Source of the DNA: Felis catus
Lineage: Eukaryota
Assembly: GCF_018350175.1 (NCBI RefSeq)
Contig: NC_058382.1
Coordinates: 48,610,001 to 48,674,000 of the forward strand
Direction of reading: 5' to 3'
DNA length: 64,000 nt
Below the pieces are notes generated by a model, which made no database searches, was not told where the DNA came from, and saw nothing but the letters and a program-made list of their open reading frames with translations. The translations under genes were made by a program, and so were the position numbers. Below are positions 1-13,413 of this stretch, in pieces (within the stretch, counting starts at the first letter, position 1; the number at the start of each line of letters is the position of its first letter).

Positions 1-99
1 AGTGGTGGGAAAACACAGGTTATGAGAAAATCATGTATAGATGATCCCATAGGACACAGAGCTGTGTGTGTATATATAGCTAGGTATGGTTTCCTGATC

Positions 100-222
100 A
101 GTAGCAATAGCATCACCTAAGAGCTTGTTAGAAATATAGACTGGGGCCCACCTTGGGCTTTGAGGAATCAGAATTTAACAAAATCCCCAGGTGGTTCATG
201 TGCAGGTTACAGCTGGAAAGCA
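100..222. mobile_element. MER5A-like hAT/Charlie DNA transposon fragment
   Basis: GCATCACCTAAGAGCTTGTTAGAAAT...TTTAACAAAATCCCCAGGTGGTTC signature. Confidence 0.55.
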
Positions 223-389
223 ATAAAGGCATTGTCTGGAGAGTTTCCCAGTAAAATATTAGGGAATGGTTACGTCTGGGGGGGGGTGGGATTGGGATTT
301 TCTTTCCTTCCTGTGCTTTTCTGAACGTTAGCATTTTCCCCAGTAAACATGTGATAAAAACAATAAAGCTATTAAAATGCTTGTAAAGA

Positions 390-875
390 TACAAGATCCA
401 AAACTATAAAACTCATAGAAAAAAATACAGGTAAAAAGCTTTGTGACACTGGACTTAGCAATTATTTCTTTGATATGGCAACAAAAGCAAAAATAGGATA
501 AATGGGACTATATCAAAATTGAAAACTTTTGTGCATCAAAGGATACAGTCAAGAGAGTGAAAAGGCAACCTATGGAATGAAAAAATATATACAAACGTGA
601 TAAGGAGTTAATATCCAGAATATATAAAAACTCCTACAACTCAACAAAAAATCAAATAACCTGACTAAAAAAAAATGGACAAAGAATATAAACAAATATT
701 TCTCCGAAGAAGATATACAAATGGAGAACAGGTATGTGAAAAGATACTCAGCATCACTAATCACTAGGGAAATGCACATCAAAACCATGATGAAATACCA
801 CCCCATACCCATTAAGATCATTACTATCAAAATGCAGAAAATAACATGTTGGTGAGGATGTGGAAAAATTGAAAG
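390..875 (+). mobile_element. Old L1 fragment (3' ORF2 region)
   Basis: AAAACTATAAAACTC...GGGACTATATCAAAATTGAAAACTTTTGTGCATCAAAGG...CATCACTAATCACTAGGGAAATGCA motifs. Confidence 0.85.
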
Positions 876-1152
876 TTCTCCAGGTGCGGCCATTCGCCCT
901 TCCTGGCTGGGATACACAGAAAGGAGTCTCCTAACAGCCTCCTGGGAAGCTCCGGACATAGGTTCCCAGGACATAGGTTCACGCAGCTCAGTTCCCAGGG
1001 GACACCACCCCCTAATCATGGGACAGAGCCCTCATGCATAAGTGTGTAAGACAGCCAGAGACCAGAACTCCCCTGGGCTTGTTGCAGGGCTGGAGGCCAC
1101 AGTTCCCAGACCTCAGTGGAGTCTCCTGGGTTAAAGGGCCATATTGCCCATT

Positions 1153-1356
1153 TCTTTCTTTTTTTTTTTTAACATTTATTTATTTTTGAGAGACAGAGCA
1201 TGAGTAGGGGGATGCAGAGAGAGGGAGACACAGAATCTGAAGCAGGCTCCAAGTTCAGCGCTGTCAGCACAGACGCGGGGGTCGAACCCACAAACTGTCA
1301 GATCATGACCTAAGCCAAAGTCAGACACTCAACCAACTGAGCCATGCAGGTGCCCC
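1153..1356 (-). mobile_element. CAN-SINE
   Basis: Poly-T, (GA)n, reverse tRNA-like head; flanked by direct repeat CCATATTGCCCATTTC. Confidence 0.92.
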
Positions 1357-3871
1357 CCATATTGCCCATTTCAAAAAAAATGCCTCTTCCAAGGTTGGGA
1401 CAGGGACAGCCACCAGACAGTACTGCCTGGGAGGTGGGGTGGGGTGGAGTGGGTAACTTCAGCTTCCAAAGACATTTTGCAGACCTCCAGAAGGAAAGAG
1501 CTATAGGAAGCGTAACTGCCCTGAACCCTCAACTGAGGCAGAAGAGGAGACCACCCACTCTGGGATGAGAACCCCAGAACCCAGCACCCCAACTTTCAGG
1601 CCAGGCTCCCCCACACTGAGCCTATCCTAAGAATTCCACTGTGTGCATTTATTTACTTGGGGTACCATTAAAGCCTTTGAGATGGGGTGGAATGCTGGGT
1701 CCATATCAGGCCTCTAATACCATCCCCTAAAGCTGCCAGAAAGGCATCCCCAACCCTGCTTAAAACCCCACATCATTGAGATAAAGTCCAAATTCCCACT
1801 TGACCTTCAAAATTTGGTCCCCGCTGACTCCTCTCACCTCCTATCCCACTCTCCCAGTCCTGCAGCCTCCTGAACTGCCCCCTACCCCACCTCCTGCCCC
1901 AAATTCAGCTTTCTCCCATTTCTGCCTAATAGACTTTTCTTCCTTCTTAAGCAGGGAGCTGTCCCAGTCCCAGTCTCCTCTGCTCCTGTGAGACGAGTTG
2001 TGTGCCTGTTTCACATGCATGGAACTTGTCTTATGCATCTCACCCCAGTTTCCAGCACCATGGCCACCTAGCCCAATAAACGACTGCTGACCAAGAAAAT
2101 TAGCACGAGTCTTCTGCCTGTCTTTTATGGCTAATTCTGGTATCTTCCCAAAAGCTCTGGAGCATGGGTTTGACCTTCCACATTAACGGACCCCTATGTG
2201 CCAAACACCTTACCTATGTTTTCTCGTGTAATTCTATGGCAAAGGCATTAACATTTTGATTTTATAGATGAAGACACTGATGCTCAGAAATCCAATGACT
2301 GTCCACAGCCAGGATTGGAACCCAGCCTGACCAGCCTGTGCTTATTCCACTGAGCCTCATAGGTGGCCTCCCAATAACTTACTAGACTAGAGAACAGAAG
2401 GTGTGCCCCTAGATTTCTGGGGAATTCTCCGCTCTGTCCAGGGATCCTGTAAACCTGCACTTTGACAAAGGTGGCTGGGAGATGGAAGGGTGACAACTAG
2501 ATCAGGTGGCAGGAGGAGACCAAGAGTCTGGGGATCCTTCAGAAAGAGGTTCACCTGACCTGCTGTCCTCTGACATACAGCCCTCCAGCCTCAGAAAAGA
2601 TAGGGGCCTCAGTCAATAAAATTCTGTAGCAGGGGAGAAGACTTTCACTCCAGTTACAGTGGGGCTGGGTAAGAGGGAGTCAAGAAGATGCCCTTGAGAG
2701 GACTTTCTCAATTCTGCCCAGCTAGTATAATGACCCAGGGAAAGCCCCAGGCTTGAAGAGTCTTCCAAGGGTGCTTAATAAGTGCCAGACATTGTGCCAA
2801 GTGCCTTAAAAATCCTGTATCACCAAGAAGTTTTATAATCTCTATTTTGCATGAGAACTAATTGAGGCACAATTATTAAGTGAGAGTTCAAGGTCAGGCA
2901 GCTATGCATACACACCCAGGCTTGCCTGCTTTCAAAGGTCAAGTCTTAACCACTATGCAGACTGCCTTCTTCCTGCAAAATCCTCAGAGAAAACAAGTTC
3001 CTCACCCACCCCCTCATACCATCATGGTTCTGGAAATTAGGAATTAGTCACATAATTCTTGAGTGAGCTGACCTGCATATGTAACATGAACTGAGCTACA
3101 AAAATGTTCTTGCCATTGCCCCCAGTATTCATTCTTGATGGAGAATAAACTCCAAGAAGGGGGAGGGGGGGGAGGGAATCTAAAAAAAAAAAAAAAACAG
3201 AAAAAGTTATTTTCACAGGATTACCCATAAAAGTCAAAATACTAATTGCAAAACACCTGGAAGCAACCCAACTTCACAAATGAGGGGCAAAGGCTGCCTA
3301 TGCTGGGATGGGTTTGTTAATGTAGCGAATACCACATACCTTTAAAATGACATACCTTTAAAATGACAAGTAGTTGGTTTTTGCAAATTTAAAATAAATG
3401 CAAAGAATAAAAGAACTCATTTTCATTTCAGAATACCATCCAAACGAGGAAGGCTCACTCATGCCATTTTTCCCCTTTCTTTTAAATCAATTAATTTTTG
3501 ATAAGGTAATTCGCACACATAATTCATGCATGGTACATAAAAATCTAAAGACCTAAAGCAATATGCACTGGAGCAGACCCCAGTAACCCACAACCACTTA
3601 AAAATGTGGCTCTGTTGATTTACAAAACTCAGAAGCGAACAGAGAGAAGTAACTTGCTTTATGGTTATTTGGATCTTTTTTCCTGCAAGTCTAAAGAAAT
3701 ACAGAGCAGAGAATTCACACCACTTCAGAGAAACAGTTCACAGCTTTTTGGCTGGACTTTTTCAAGTCTTTCTCAAATCCCTCTTGCTGTGATCTGTGAA
3801 AGCAGCAGCTAAGTTGAGGTGCAAGTCAGAAAAAGAAAACCACGTGAGAAAAAAAATGAATGCCTTCTTAC

Positions 3872-4020
3872 CTGTTCACCCAGGAGGACGCGGTCTTCTC
3901 GGGGTTTGCTGATTTTAAGGGGCTCGAGGGTAGGAGCAAGTGCCTAGGAGCAGGAGGCAGAGGGTGCCAGGTGAGAGGGTGCTGCTTCCCCCAGCCCACA
4001 ATCCAGCTTCCCGACTGATG
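3872..4020 (-). other. IL34: IL34 first (non-coding) exon; gene continues leftwards out of window
   Basis: CATCAGTCGGGAAGCTGGATTGTGGG...GAGCCCCTTAAAATCAGCAAA...GTGAACAG|GTAAGA with a strong donor. It resembles the IL34 5'UTR as recalled, and IL34 is the expected downstream neighbour of SF3B3. Confidence 0.75.
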
Positions 4021-4200
4021 GGAAGGGCGGGGAAAGCAGGCCACTGCCGCTCCTCGCTCGCTCCCGATTGAGAAACTGAAGCCAGCAAGGGCGGGGCAGG
4101 GCCACGTGTCCCCAGCCTGCCTTGGGAGTGCGGATAGGAGGGGGCCACAAACCCAGAGGAACAGCCAGGAACTGTTTCCTGACTGACGGCGCCTGGCATA
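4021..4200 (-). promoter_or_regulatory. Putative IL34 distal promoter
   Basis: Local CpG enrichment, GC boxes GGGCGG at 4025-4030 and 4089-4094, E-box CACGTG 4103-4108. Confidence 0.6.
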
Positions 4201-4283
4201 TTAATGGCAGGAGTCCCCACATCAAATTTTGGCTCCCAGGAGGGTTGGGCCTGCCCCAGCTCCTCTCCAGAACACATTTACTC

Positions 4284-4321
<38 letters not shown>

Positions 4322-7300
4322 CTTCTTACAAAACTTAGTAAAACTGGGTGATGTGGTAGTGACTGGAGTGCACGTGTAGGCAGAAGCAACAAACAGAGGG
4401 AGAAAAGGCCTTTGATAAATATCACCAGTGTTGAGAACTAATCAATTACCCAGTCTACAGATGGGAGATATGAGCCCAGAGAGATGAAGTATCTAACCTA
4501 AGATCACACAGCTAGGGCTTCCCGACACAACTGTTCTGGTGTAACTCATGGTAGTACACACAGCACAGGGAGTTCCTGAGGACACAGAAGTGAAGCCCTT
4601 TACTCAGCCCCATCTCCAAGAATAAGGGTACTTTCACTTTGCCTGAGTCAGACCGAAAGCGGAGAATGGCTCTGCCCAGCAGAATTCTGTGGGCACCAGT
4701 GGGGCAGCTCCATCTCCACCTAGTTTTCACAGCCAGCTCCCTGATTTAGTAGTTAGGGGTGGGGCAACCCCCCAAGGGATCCTTTAGCTCCTCCACCAGT
4801 GGACATTACAAGCAGGAATCAGGGGACAGGGGAAAGGACTGTGTTCAAAGCATCAAACTATCCAAGACAATAATTTGTAGCTTCTCTGAACGTGAGCACA
4901 GAATCTTTATTAAGGGGCCCCTTAACATCTAGGATTCCACAGCATCTCATTTGAGAAGTGCTACCCTAAAAGATGTTAGTATGTCTTATTCCGAATGTCA
5001 ATGCCTGGTATGAGTAGCTGTTCAAATGATTCCTCAATTGGGTTGACAAAACTGGATTCCTGGTTTGGCCCTGAACTTCCAGCAGGACAAGGCCCATACT
5101 GGAATGCACTTGGCTAATTACCCACCTTCATCCCTAACGCTATGGCTACTCTGACCATACCCTCTACAAGGCCTTGGCAGAACTATGCCAAGTTGATTCA
5201 TACCAGTCAGGTGGCCTGCTGGGAGGGCAGGACAGAGTGGAGATGATGGGGTCTAGCCACAGGACCTCACTCAAGCCTCATAGAAGCCTGAATTAACTCC
5301 ACTGTGCTCTCTCTGGGATTCCTTGGCTTGGAATGATGTCCCTTCCTTTCAAAGCATTGCACATAAGACTATAGTTCAAGATGGAGATGGCTCTAGGCTC
5401 CCCAGGCTTCAAGACCCAAGTTCAGTGGCCATGCCTCCTCAGATCCCCTGGAAGCTCAGCAAAAGCACTTTGCTATTACCATAACCCCTGAAGGTTGGTT
5501 TTATTATACTTTACAGACAGGAAACTGAGACCATGCTCAGAGACTGGTGAACCCAGGTCACAGGACTCTGTTTAGGCCTCTTTCTCTAGCCTTTACTCCT
5601 GACCTCCTGCTCGGATTTGGCAGGCAGGATATCTTGATTCTGCTTTCCATGAAGTGGCCTTTCTCTAGCTGCAGCATCAGCTCCTTAAAGGTTAGAGGTT
5701 CCCCAGCCTGCCTTGTGTTTAACAGCACTAGGCCCTGATAACCCACAGTAAATGTTGATGCTTCTCTTGACCATCATGTCTTTTTATGGCCTCAAATTAT
5801 TAAATGTGTGAAAACTCTTCCCAAATGAGCTAATTCAAAGCAACTCCCATTCACTGAGATTTTGTTTGCTATCAGAAGAAGGAACACGTTCTGCTGGGTA
5901 GGCCTGCAAACTGAAAAATGCGAGGACCAGGCTTTAGAAGGCAGAGTTATAGGTAGGGAACAGAGATGGATTTGCCTCTGGGATTATGACAAAACCCACT
6001 GGGTATTAACAGATTCTGGATTTGGGGGGTGAAGGTGGGGTTGGGTGGTGCTAACAGGAGCCTCGAGCTACTTGAAATTCAGTCTCCCAGCCTTTTGTAC
6101 CCAAACTGGAATTTACAATCTTGGTCTATTTATTTATTTATTTGGCTTCATGTTGAACAGGAAACAATGTTCCCTCACCACCCACCCAACCTAATGATTT
6201 CCACGTCTGATGACCACCAGACTGTGAAATACACAGTTGCCTAGATAACAGCAGAGATTAAGAGGTTCATGAGTTCGAGCCCTGCGTTCAGGCTCTGTGC
6301 GGACAGCTCAGAGCCTGGAGCCTGCTTCAGATTCTGTGTCTCCCTCTCTCTGTCCTTCTCCTGCTCACACAGTCTCTCTCTCAAAAATAAACATTAAAAA
6401 AAAAAAAATTTAAATCTGGGGGTAAAATCCAGCAACCTATTCTGACAAACTCAGATGATGCTAATACAGGTTTCCTTCTGTTTCTGTACCAGAAATGTTT
6501 GGCTGCCCACCCTCCACCTCCTCATTTTTCAGAGTTGGGATCTTCTGACTTTTCCCAGAAGTCACAAGGCTATGCCTATTTTATCTGAGGAGACCAGAGA
6601 CAGAGACTGAAGCTCTTCAGGAACTTGTCACAAGGCTCTTTGGCAAACTCACCAAAACTGACAGGTTATAAAAACTCTTCAACTTCTGGGTACAGAGCAG
6701 ACCTGCAAAGAGGTGGCACATAGTAGGTGCTTGGTAAATACTGGTGGAATAAATAAATTTATAGCAGTATCTTACAGTGAGTTGGCTGTGTCTTTTTTTT
6801 GGTCATGTCTTCTGATGCTGGTTTTCAAGCTTGTACAGAAACAGCTGGCCATGTGCTTATGGATTGGTGAAGAGGACTCTTCTGACTGCTCTGTAGTACG
6901 TACCTGTGGATTTCAGTTCACTCAACTTCACATAAACCCCACACACTGGGCTATCAGATCGCCACATGTAAATCAGCCACTGACCACAGATGTTCACTGA
7001 CCTCCCTACCACATAACCAAGAGTAAGCCATCTGGCCCTCACCTGTTAATTTTTTTGGATAAGGTTTGACTTCAGCAGCAGAGACGGTTTTTCTGAGCTC
7101 TTGATATAGCCCTTGAATGTATTTTAAAGGTACAATAAACAAAATATTCACACACAATATTCCATATGCAAATGAGCAAGTAGATGACTCAGGCAAACAC
7201 ATGTCATTTCTACTTTAAATAGAAACAGAATTTATAAATATTTTTTAAAAATTGAAAGCCAAGTTGATCACATCTGAAGAATGCTCCCAACATTTCTGGC

Positions 7301-8009
7301 TTCCCACTGATGAGAAACTCAAGAGAGGCTGCATCACGGGAGCAACACACATTCTGGTGACCAGCACTCTCCCCATGAGAGAAGTGAACTCCAACAGCCT
7401 TTCCCAGCCACAGCAGTCTTGCTAGCAATACATTCAAAAAAACCAAGAAAAGCAACATTCCAGCCATAGTCCAATTTGAACCCCCTCCCCCCAAGGAATG
7501 CTATTCTTGGCAAGAGATCTTCCAAAGGAAACAACATCTGCAGAACCCCTACCCGTGAGGTCAGGGAAAGATGAGGCAGCTGAAAACTTTTCAGTCTTTC
7601 TTAGACTCAAGTTGCAGGGACTTAACAGAGCAGCAAGATGAGAGTGATCCTAGTACCTAAGGGCAAATGCCTCAGGGTCTTGACATTATCCCTTCGGAAC
7701 TGCATGGCAGACTCTGATGTATTTTGCAAGGCTACACACAGAGGTCCCCATTTACCTGGCTGCTCAGTTAAATCAAAAGAGTTCATTAGCCCCCCCTTAA
7801 TACCTACATAGATGGGATTTGTAATTCAGCCTCATCCCATCACCAAGTATTTATTAAACACATTTTGTACATTCTGGAGCAACAGCTATGAACTAGACAA
7901 AATTCCTGAGCTCAACATATTCAAGCCTAATTCCTTGTGCCTGTGATCCAGAAATTCTGCTTGCAGACAACAAGCAAATTTATGGATAGGCAAAGGAAAC
8001 TCAATGGTG

Positions 8010-10550
8010 ACAACTCCTGGATATAACACCTAACCCACAAGGAACAAAACAAAAAATAAGTGAGACTACATCAAATTAAAAAGCATCTGCACAGAAAGAA
8101 AAAATCAACAAAGTAAAAAGACAACCAAAAGGATGGGAAAAATTATTTGCAAACCATGTTATCTACTACATCAGGGGTTAGCATCCAAAATATATAAAGA
8201 ACTCATACAACTCAACAGCAAACAAATAATCCAATTAAAGCACGGGCAAAAAGATACATGCACCCCTACTACTGTTTACTGCAGCATTATTTACAGTAAC
8301 CAAGATACAGATGCAAGCCAAACATCCATTAACAGACGAATGATAAAGATGTGGTATATGTATACTATGGAATATTACTCAGCCATAAACAAGAATTAAA
8401 TCTTGCCATTTGCAACAATGTGGATAGACCTAGAGAGTATAATGCTAAGTGAAATAAGTCAATCAGAGAAAGGCAAATACCATGACTTCATTCACATGTA
8501 AGAAACAACTAAACAAAGAAAAAAAAGAGACCAAAAAAACAGACTCTTAAATACAGAGAATAACTGGTGGTTGCCAGAGGGGAGAGGAATAGGAGGGTGG
8601 GTGATAAAAAGAGGATCAAGAGTACACTTATCTTGACGAGCACTGAATAATGTATAGAATTTCTGAATCATTATGTTGTACACCTGACACTAATAACACT
8701 ATATATTAATCATACTTCAATTTTTAAAAATGGGCAAAGGAACTTAATAGACATTTCCCAATGTAGATATATTATGGATAGACTGCCAACAGACACATGA
8801 AGAGATGCTCAACATCACTAGTCATTAGGCAAATGCCTATCAAAACTACAATGAGGTATCACCTCAAGCCTGTTAAAATGGCCATCATCAAAAAGACAAG
8901 ATAACAAATGCCAGAAAGAATGTAGAGAAAAGGAAACCTTTGTGTACTGTTGGTAGGATTGTAAACTGGTACAGCCACTATGGAAAACAGTATGGAGAAT
9001 CCACAGAAAATTGAAAATAGACCTGCCCTATGATCCAGCAATTCCACTTCTGGGAATACATCCAAAGGAAACGAAAACACTAAGTCAAAAAGGTATCTGC
9101 ACCCATATGTTCACAGTGTTATTTACAATAGCCAAGACATGGAAACAACAATCAATGGATAAATGAATAAGAAGTTGTGGTAGATCAACAAATGGGTGTT
9201 GATCCATGCAAAAGAATGAAAACGGACCACTTTCTTACACCATACACAAGAATAAACTCAAAATGCATTAAAGATCTAAATGTGAGACCTGAAACCGTAA
9301 CAATCCCCAAAGAGAGCACAGGCAGTAATGTCTGTCACATTTGCCATACCAACATTTTTCTAGAGATTATCTCCTCAGGCAAGAGAAACAAAAGCAAAAA
9401 TAAATTATTGGGACTACATCAAAATAAAAAGCTTCTGCACAGCAAAGGAAACAATCTACATAACTAAAAGGGAACCTACTGAATGGGAGAAGATATTTAC
9501 AAACGACGTATTCGGTAAGAGATTAGTATCCAAGGGGCGCCTGGGTGGCTCAGTTGGTAAACCCTCTGCCTTCGGCTCAGGTCACAATCTCACAGCTTGT
9601 GAGTTCGAACGCTGCGTCGGGCTCTGTGCTGACAGCTCAGAGCCTGGAGCCTGCTTCCGATTCTATGTCCCTCTCTCTCTCTGCCCCTCCCCTGCTCGTG
9701 CTCTCTCTCAAAAATAAACATTAAAAAAAAAAAAAAAAATGCAATCTTGCCATTTGCAACAACACGGATGCAAGAGAGTATAATGCTAAGCAAAATTAAG
9801 TCAGTGAGAGAAAGACAAATACCATTATCATCTCACTCATCTGTGGAACTTAACAAATGAGTGAAGGAAAAAAAGAGACAAATTAAGAAAGAGATTCATA
9901 ACTATAGAGAACTGAGGGTTACCAGAGGGGAGGGGGTGGGAGGATGGGTGAAAGAAGTGAAAGGATTACAAGTTGTACACTTATGGTGATGAGTACTGAG
10001 TAATGTATAGACTTGTGGAATCACTGTATCGGACATTTGAAATTAATGTAACACTGGGAAATAAAAAACAAAAAAATAAAATAAAAGAAGTTGTGGTACA
10101 TACGTACACAATGGAGTATTAGTCATTAAAAAAAAGACACAAGGAAATCTTGCCATTTGTGACATGGATGGACCTTAAGGGCAATATTCTAAGTGAAATA
10201 AGACAGAAGAATACTGTATGATCTCACATGTAGAGTCTAAAAAAAAACATCAAACTCCTAAAAGGAGATGAGATCTGAAGTTGAAGTGGAGGAGTGGCAG
10301 TGGCACTGGAACAAGGTGGTCGAGAGGTATAAACTTCCAGGTATAAGAGGAAAGAAGTATTAGAAATGTAATGTAGGACTAGTTAACACTGCTATGTGAT
10401 ATATATTTTTGCTGCTTTTCATTGTATCTCTATGAGATGAGACGATGAATATAATTGTTTCACAATGTATGTAAGTCAAACCATTATGCTGTACACTTTC
10501 AACTTATACAGTAATGATTATACCTCAATAAAACTAGAGGGATTAAAAAA
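8010..10550 (+). mobile_element. Nested L1 3'-end cluster with embedded CAN-SINE (9533-9738)
   Basis: Repeated L1 3' motifs (ATCTTGCCATTTG at ~8400, ~9744, ~10148); TSD AAGAAGTTGTGGTA at 9169-9182 and 10085-10098. Confidence 0.9.
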
Positions 10551-11733
10551 AAATCTTACCAGCTGTTAGAATCCTGGCAGAGAAATCAAGTCCAGAGAAG
10601 GCCCCTCAGTTATAGAACTGAAATGTTATCTATATAGCCCTCAAAACTCTATCTCATCCAGCACCCATTTAGCTACAAGAGAGAATGTGAGAGTCAACAG
10701 ACATATCAAAAGCACAGCAGTGTAAGGAGGAAAGAAAACACCACCGCGTGTGTATGGGGTGGGGGAAGTAAGGAGACTACAGTCTATGGTTATTTGGTGA
10801 CTCCTAAAGGAAAATGGAAGACTTTATTGTCTTCCTGACCTACGCCCCAAGTGTTAAGAGCTCATGTTTGGCTCAGTAAGCACCCACAATATGCTGGGCT
10901 GGGTGCTGAGTATTTTAGATAAATGCTCTCATTTTATTCTCACGTCAACCCTGTTTATCTCCATGTTATGGGTAAGATGCCAACCTGCCTGACCAATGTC
11001 ATAGATCTATCTAATCAGAGAGGCAAATACTTGACTGAACTCAGGCCTCTGAGTTCATGTCTAGACTTGCCCAGGAATATACATTGAGTGGCCTAATCAC
11101 CTAATCATGATCTTCATGATTAAGAACATTTAAGAAAAAAATAATACAAACAAAATTTGTACTCCCAGGACACACAAAGTCACTTCGCCTTTCTGGTAAC
11201 TGCTAGGATTCTTAGGAACCATGATCCTGTCTCAAGTAAGGTTGGAGTAACACAGTAAGGGACTTCCATGCAGCTTGTATGACCTCTCTCCCTTTACTTT
11301 CTACAGCTGGGGTAATCAAGGCTCATAAGTTTTAAATGGTTTGCCCAAAATTCACTCAACTGTTTTCTACCCAAGCCAGATCAGACATGTCACCTGATTC
11401 TAGTTCTCTAGTTATACTATAAACACATTTTGACTGATCATTTCCTTATTAGGCTATCAAGTTTAACTGAGCAGGCCCTGTACATTTCTTACCGTGCTCA
11501 GTATCAGTACAATGCTCAGAATGTTAGCTCATTATGTGCTGTCATCTACCAGTTAACCTTTTGCAAAACGCACCCACATTTCTGTGACAATCCCACTGAG
11601 TTTGTATCATTTTCCCTAGACTCTGGGTTATAGACAAAAGGGAAAGGACAGAATCTCTTAATATGAAACCTTTGCCTGGCTCACCTGTAGCTCTCTAGTG
11701 GGGCAAAAATCAGATGACCATTCATTCTCAGCT

Positions 11734-12160
11734 GTGGTAAAAGATCTAAAATTAAGGTTCATATTATATACTATAAAATCAAAAGAGCTTCAAATGGCCC
11801 AACTGCAAGTTTCCTTCCCAGCTCTGCTCTTATGGGTAAGGTTCCCTAAGCTAAACAACCCTCCTTATCAAAGGACCAGACACAGTTCCTGCTCCTCTCT
11901 GGGCAGCAGGTTTCAGTTCACCAGAGTCTATGGATTTACTCAAGCCAATCACATCTTCCCAAAGGAACCAGAAGGCACCCCACCTTCTGGATACTAAAAA
12001 GCCCGTCTCCCTCCCAAAGCCCCCAGTTGTTTACCTGGTTGTTGAGTGGAACCCCCATGTGACTTTGCATGGCATGCAGTGTCCTTATGCCATTGGCTGT
12101 GATTATATAGCTAATGAACTACCGTCTATGTCATTAGCAACCCAAGACAATTCGCAATTC
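11734..12160 (+). mobile_element. ERVL-type solo LTR (MER54-like)
   Basis: Starts TGTGGTAAAAG; ...CAAATGGCCCAACTGCAAGTTTCC...AAACAACCCTCCTTATCAAAGGACCAGACACAGTTCCTGC resembles the recalled MER54 consensus. Confidence 0.5.
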
Positions 12161-13119
12161 TACAGAGATCTTTTCCTCTCTTACATATAAACCCTCTATG
12201 ACTATAGGAAGTACTTCAGAAAAGAAACGGAATAGGTTGCTACCCAAACATCTTTGCCAAGTTTCCCAGACTACTGCATGTCAGTATCATACAATCTGAC
12301 AGACTAAACAGAATGGCTTTGGGTAGGGGCCACAGGAAGAATGAGCCCTGGAATTAGGTCATAAAAATGTAATTCAAAAGTATTGTCTTCTGTTATGTGA
12401 ATCAGTGAGATAACTGACAAAGTGTTGTTTAGGGATTCAATTCCTGGCAAAATCTGGATCTCTACTGACCACTCTAAAACTTAGTCATACTTAAGAGAGT
12501 TTCCAGGGACAGCATCAGGAACTCTCTGCACTGGATTGTGCGCTGCTCAGGGTCAAAGATTTTATCTAATCACCTTGATTTGATTCTAACCCAGAGCTAG
12601 CCACAGAGAATCCGTTCATGGAAGTGGCTGAGCACATGCACGTGAATGAGTGTTTTACTCTGTGAAATACTGGGAACAGCAGCGAGCTTGGGTCATTCCA
12701 GGTTCAATGAAGCTGGAAGACTACCTGGACGATTAGAGCTGGTTTCCCAGGTGTAGGTTGTAACATTTGACACTAGCACATTTGCAGTTGACTAGCTACC
12801 AGTGCTGCCTCTTCATACTCCAAAGGCCTGCCAGAGCTTGCCTAAGATGACTGCTGCAGAGAGTACCCACCCCTCCCTTGTCATTATCCATGAGCCTTTA
12901 AATAGAGACCACATATACTGACTTTGTTCCCATGGGCAGGTTAGATCTGGGTTCTTCTGTACTTACTGATCCTTCCTAGGATTCATAAGGCAAACGATCA
13001 TTTCAGGAGCTGTAGAAGTAAAGGGAGCATCTGTTAAGAGACTACCCAGCTAGAATGCATGCTGAATCCTTCACTCTTAAGACCTCAAAGTAGGAAGAAG
13101 CTACAACAGGGGAGGAGAG

Positions 13120-13345
13120 GGGCACCTGGGTGGCTCAGTCAGTTAAATGTCTGACTCTTGATTTCAGCTCATACTGATCTCACAGTTCATGGGACAGAGC
13201 CCCACGTCAGGCTCTGCACTGATAGTGCTGATAGCGCAGAGCCTGCTTAGGATTCTGTCTCCCTCTCTCAGCCCCTCCCTACCATGCACAGGCATACCTT
13301 TTCTCTCTAAAAATAAACAAACACTAAAAAAATAAAATAAAACAC
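13120..13345 (+). mobile_element. CAN-SINE just downstream of the SF3B3 poly(A) signal
   Basis: GGGCACCTGGGTGGCTCAGTCAGTTAA head, A-rich tail. Confidence 0.9.
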
Positions 13346-13407
13346 CAGAGAAGAAATCAGCCACCCTTCCTCAATATTCAATGGGAAGAGGTGTGGCTGA
13401 CCCCATG

Positions 13408-13413
13408 TTTATT
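13408..13413 (-). terminator. Candidate SF3B3 polyadenylation signal AATAAA (~700 nt after stop)
   Basis: First canonical AATAAA on the minus strand downstream of the stop. An ATTAAA variant lies at 14001-14006. Confidence 0.6.

Noticed and set aside
3334..3367. 16-bp tandem duplication (also ~34108-34148 and ~954-980)
   Set aside because: Ordinary slippage duplications with no associated signal.
3915..4277. 120-aa GC-rich ORF over the IL34 promoter
   Set aside because: No recognisable protein. It is explained by stop-codon scarcity in GC-rich promoter/UTR DNA.
9533..9620. tRNA-like A/B boxes in SINE heads
   Set aside because: These are the tRNA-derived heads of CAN-SINEs and do not form cloverleaf tRNA genes.
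12980..13007. GATTCATAAGGCAAA..TCATTTCAGG resembles both ends of human SNORD111 (reverse complement) as I recall it
   Set aside because: It depends on a remembered sequence and lacks intact C/D boxes and a guide. It is probably chance, and cmsearch would settle it.
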